Positions 59,400-64,000 of a stretch of 64,000 nt of DNA are shown piece after piece. Position numbers and translations under genes: made by a program. Source of the stretch: Selaginella moellendorffii. Taxonomy: Eukaryota; Plantae; Lycopodiophyta. Every line of letters starts with the position of its first letter. Position 1 is the first letter of the stretch. The DNA lies in contig NW_003314437.1 in the NCBI RefSeq assembly GCF_000143415.4, forward strand, positions 30,477 to 94,476, given 5' to 3'. The notes under the pieces are model-generated. The model made no database searches. It saw nothing but the letters and a program-made list of their open reading frames with translations, and was not told where the DNA came from.

Positions 59400-62300
59400 T
59401 GTTAGGTACCAGGTCAGGATAATAGGATAAAGAAAGGGCCCTGCAATCAAGTGATCACCCCTTTAGCCAATTGGATTAGGGTGTAAGGGATAGAATCTCG
59501 AAGCAGTTGATTAAGTGCAATTTTTATTGGAGGAATATAAAAGTTGATATCCTATTGTTGATGGTGGTGCCAAAAATGGTGCAAACGGAGCTGTGAAGGT
59601 TTGGACCATTCAAGATGTTATTCATGAGTTGTGAGCCCTTAATCAAAATCAACAAGAGATTCAAGACAAAATGCATGGCATGATGCATACCATGTATGAG
59701 CGTGTTGAGGCACTCGAGGCTGGACATGGTAGTGCTCCATGTAAGCCTTCCTTGGTAAATCGACTCATGATTCCAACCTTTTCCAGTGATGGTGATGTGG
59801 ACAAGTGTCTTGCTTGGCTAACCAATGTGAAGAAGTTCTTGGCCGCTAGGGGAACTCCAGATGCCGAGGCTTTAATAGCTATTTCAATGGTTTTGTGTGA
59901 TGTGAGTCTTCAATGGTGGAATTGGCTTAAGGAGTCTCATGTCTCAGATAAGAAACCACTAGTGTCTACCATAGATGAGTTTGAGGCTGCTTTCCATTTA
60001 CCTTTTNNNNNNNNNNNNNNNNNNNNNNNNNNNNNNNNNNNNNNNNNNNNNNNNNNNNNNNNNNNNNNNNNNNNNNNNNNNNNNNNNNNNNNNNNNNNNN
60101 NNNNNNNNNNNNNNNNNNNNNNNNNNNNNNNNNNNNNNNNNNNNNNNNNNNNNNNNNNNNNNNNNNNNNNNNNNNNNNNNNNNNNNNNNNNNNNNNNNNN
60201 NNNNNNNNNNNNNNNNNNNNNNNNNNNNNNNNNNNNNNNNNNNNNNNNNNNNNNNNNNNNNNNNNNNNNNNNNNNNNNNNNNNNNNNNNNNNNNNNNNNN
60301 NNNNNNNNNNNNNTGGCAACAAGAGATGGAATTCCTGAAGAAAAAAATGAAAGAAAATAGGAGAATTGTAGTGATGATTGCCGTGGACATAAGGATGGGA
60401 ACAAGCACCACAAGTTAAAGTCTGTGGTGACTACTTCAGATGCAAAGGGGTTAAAGAAGCAAAAGTTCTTTGTGAATTATAGACAAGGTTGTCATCATTA
60501 TGGCAAGCTTGGACACTATAAGGCTGATTGTCCACAGCTGAAGAACAAGCAATAGGGCAAGAAGAATGCCCAATCTGTTACTAATGGTAAGTCAGATATT
60601 AAAAAGTTGTAAGCTTAGCAGCGTGAGGATGATGGGGTTGACCATTCCGGTCGGAGGAAGAGGCTTTTGGTCATTGCTTGTCAACTCAACTATGTGTGGA
60701 ACAACATGGAGCTCGAGGATACTTGTGAATCAGCTTTAATGCTGGAGGGCATGTTCAATGGCAGTCTAATGTGGATTTTACTGGATAGTGGGAGTGATGA
60801 CAACTTTGTTTCAACAAAGTTTGTTGTGGAGCATGGCCTGGTCACATGAATTCTTCCATACACAGTAGAAGGTGTAGCTACCTCTACTCAGCATTTCAAT
60901 GCTTGTGTAGAGAGGCTGGAAGTGTTGGTTGGCAAAACCACACTTTTGGAGACTCTTTATCTCGCAGATATCTATCATGTGGATCTCATTCTTGGGATGC
61001 TATGGTTAGCGAAGGTGGATCTAGAAATAAAGTGGAGTATTAAGCATGTTTCGCTAGAGTACGGTATTGTTAAAGATGTGTGGTTTGGAGAGGGAGTTAA
61101 ACCTTTAGTTGTTATGCTCTCCGCTATATCTTTGAAGTGGGCTTGTCGTAATGGAAAAACACTTTCAAGTTACTTGCTGTTTCTTTGTGACTTAGGGGAC
61201 CAAGGTGTGAGACACAAAATCCCTAGGCCCCAAAGTGGAGCCGGAAAGGGTGCCACGTGGTAGTGGCCGAAGCGAAAGCCAAACGAGCATAACACGTTTG
61301 GACTAAAAGCTCCGACTTGGAAGGTCGAGAGCGGGAGTGGAACTCCCAACAAAGTGCTCGAGGAGCAAGCACGAGGCAACCAATAAGCAAGGCTCCAAAA
61401 AGGGACCCAAAAAGGACCAACACATGACACGTGGAAGTGTCCGAGATGGAGTCCGAGGCGGACCCGAGTTGGAGTCCGAGATGGACCCGAAGTGGAGTCC
61501 GAGATGGACCCGAAGTGGAGTCCGAAGTGGAGTCCGATATGGAGTCCGAAGTGGAGTCCGATATGGAGTCCGAAGTGGAGTCCAAGATGGACCCAAAGTG
61601 GAGTCCAATATGGAGTCCGATATGGAGTCCGAAGTGGAGTCCGATATGGAGTCCGAGATGGAGTCCGAGATGGACCCGAGATGGAGTCCGAGATGGACCC
61701 GAGATGGAACCGAGACCGGGACTGAGACCGAGACCGAGACCGAGACCGAGTCCGAGTCCAAATCCGGGACCGAGACCGAGTCCGAGTCCGAGTCCGAGTC
61801 CGAGTCTGAATACTAATACAGGCAGTTGGGTGAAAGCCCAAAGCGATCGTCCCCCAGGGGGGGGGGGGGCTGCGGGGGATTCCAAAAGTATAGTAGGGAG
61901 AGTGTGGGGCTTGGAGCCCAGTGGAGCCAGTTTGGCTAGGAAAGGCCAGTTTGGCCCAGGAAGGCCAGACCCAGTGTTGGGTGATGAGCTGACCACTGGG
62001 AAATCCAAGACTAGAGTGAACACGGACCGACAAGTGGGGTAGCTTGGTGAAGTGTTCAAGAGCCGGCTCTAGTTCCCCCGGGAGATCGACTGGCCGATGC
62101 TCCCAGTCCAAGTGTGGGTGGCACTACCTACTTGGATACCAGGCGTGGCTCAACGGAACCTCGCTCTAAGCCCATGGCTAGAGCACCCAAGGGCAGAAGG
62201 CGGGGAGAGTACCCAGGTGGCTCGCGTAAGGCCACGGTGTTCCGAAATGTTGTCCCAAAGGCCTAGACTGTGGAAAGGAAGAGGAGCAATCCTCTGGGGT

Positions 62301-64000
62301 AGTGACCAAGGACACAGTTGTGTGGTGAGGAAGTCCCAGAGGACCGTGGGACTTAGTGGTCGGGCCTGTGGGCCTCGATCCAGTGGCAGTGTTGGCAAAC
62401 ACGGCTAGGGGTAGAAAGGGACTTAGTGGGGATTGACATAGGGATATTGGGGAAGGCTATTCCCCTTGTCGGTGGGCATCCTAAGGATGCTAAGGAGTGG
62501 ATCTGAGATGACCACTCACGGATGGTTTGCCTAGTCTTGAAGAGCCAAAACTGTGATGCAAGTGGTATGGACTACCAGTGTGGCAAAGGTGATTGGGAAT
62601 GGCCTTAGCGTAACAAGCTGCCATGTTGGTGGTACCTTTGAGTGTCGGTCATGGGATCGGACACGTGGAGCACTTGGACCAAGTGTAAATGTTGAGTGGC
62701 ATAGATGCCATTCTCGGGGCTAGCAAGTCCCAACTCCTGAATTGGACTTATGGAGGTTGTGAATGAGACTCCTCCAAGTGGTCGGAGGTGTGGTTAAGTG
62801 ACTGAAGTAGAATGGAAAATTTAGTCGCTTACACAAGGTATGTGTGGGGGAGAAGCAGCAGTATAGGATGTACTCGACAAGTTTTCTAATGTTTTCTTTC
62901 TAAACTTCCTCATGGATTGCCTCAATTACGAGGTGTGGAGCATGGGATTATGTTGGAGCCAGGGACGCGGCCAATTTACCAATGTCCATTTCGGTTAAGT
63001 AATGCATAGGAGTAATAAGTTCAATGATAAGTCAAGGAGTTACTTGAGTTTAGATTTATTTAGCCAAGTAAGTCTTTATTTGGTGCTGCAGTCTTACTTG
63101 TGAAGAAGAAGGACAATTCAATATAAATGTGTATTGACTACCATGCCTTGAACAAGAAGATAGTAAAGGATAAGATGCTGATGCCGCGTGTGGATGATAT
63201 CTTAGACAAGCTTGGTGAAGCACAAGTGTTTACCAAGATTGATCTGAGGATGGATGATGCATCTATCTCCAAGATGGCATTTAACACAAGCTTCAAACAT
63301 TTTGAGTTTACAGTTATGCTTTTTGGTTTGACGAATGGACCAGCCATATTTACTCGGTTAATGACGAAGGCATTTGAGCATTATCTTCATGAGTTTCTGG
63401 AAATTTTCTTGGATAATATTCTTGTTTTCAGCAAGAATATGGAGGAGCATAAGGTGCATTTGTGCAAGGTTCTTTTGTTACTCTGTGACAACAAATTTTA
63501 TGCAAAGAAGAGCGAATATGAGTTTGCAAAGTCAGACGTGGAATATCTAGGCTATATTATGACATTTGAGGGTGTCAAGATGGATCCAAGGAAGGTGGCT
63601 GTGGTGGAGAATTGGCATACACCGACTTTAGTGGCCGAGTTACGCAACTTTCTTGGTATAGTTAGTTACTACTGATGTTTCAGCATAAGTTTATGGAGGT
63701 GGCTATTCTTTTGACACAGTTGTTACGCAACAATGTGCCATTCAAATGGAAGAAGCCACAAGAGGAGAGTTTTGTGGTGTTGAAACAATTGTTGAGTGAG
63801 CTCCAGTGCTTCTCATTGCTGATCTATTAAAACCTTATGAAGTGACATGCGATGCGAGTGGTTATGCATTAGGAGGAGTTCTCATGCAAGAGGGACAGCC
63901 TATTGCATATAAGAGTCGAACTTTGAATCCCACAGAACAATGTTATTCCACATATGAGCAAGAATTACTCTCTATTATTGATGCTTTATGGATGTGGCAG
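59400..64000 (+). mobile_element. Degenerate family-3 Ty3/gypsy element (partial LTR, gag, protease, RT, start of RNase H), runs off the right edge
   Basis: Starts TGTTAGGTACCAG like family-3 LTRs; gag 59671-60006 is paralogous to 53321-53656; LLDSGSDDNF; RT 63127-63675. Confidence 0.88.
61206..62833 (+). mobile_element. Family-1 solo LTR (1,628 bp)
   Basis: TGTGAGAC...GTCGCTTACA flanked by perfect TSD CAAGG (61201-61205 and 62834-62838); no PBS or PPT adjacent. Confidence 0.95.

Overview
Eukaryotic, TE-dense plant genomic DNA. Introns of about 50 bp, TTTAGGG repeats, an EG16-type glucanase and a Cassandra-like LTR suggest a seed-free land plant such as Selaginella (inference). About 90% of the window is nested transposons, and most junctions can be resolved by target-site duplications (TSDs). 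The main feature is three near-identical copies (1433-13588, 21942-34755, 35005-45099 inverted) of a ~13.7-kb cut-and-paste DNA transposon with 24-bp TIRs (AAGCTCTATTTCGTTAAAGTGGGA) and 4-bp TSDs. The element carries a ~1,030-aa Sola1/DUF7869-like transposase. It also carries a divergently transcribed 11-exon gene (~1,630 aa when spliced) that appears to join a ParB/Srx-like domain, a degenerate N6A/N4C DNA-methyltransferase-like domain and an FCP1/NIF-type HAD domain. About 30 copies of a 22-bp palindrome (ATGGCRTG-N6-CAYGCCAT) are scattered through the element and were not seen outside it; a ParB/parS-like self-recognition system is the leading hypothesis. The rest comprises three Ty3/gypsy-type LTR families (nested up to four levels deep), a 194-bp 5S-bearing Cassandra-like solo LTR, and a small host island with a secreted tandem-EG16 (GH16) gene and cytochrome c. 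Domain calls come from motif recognition by eye, not from database searches.
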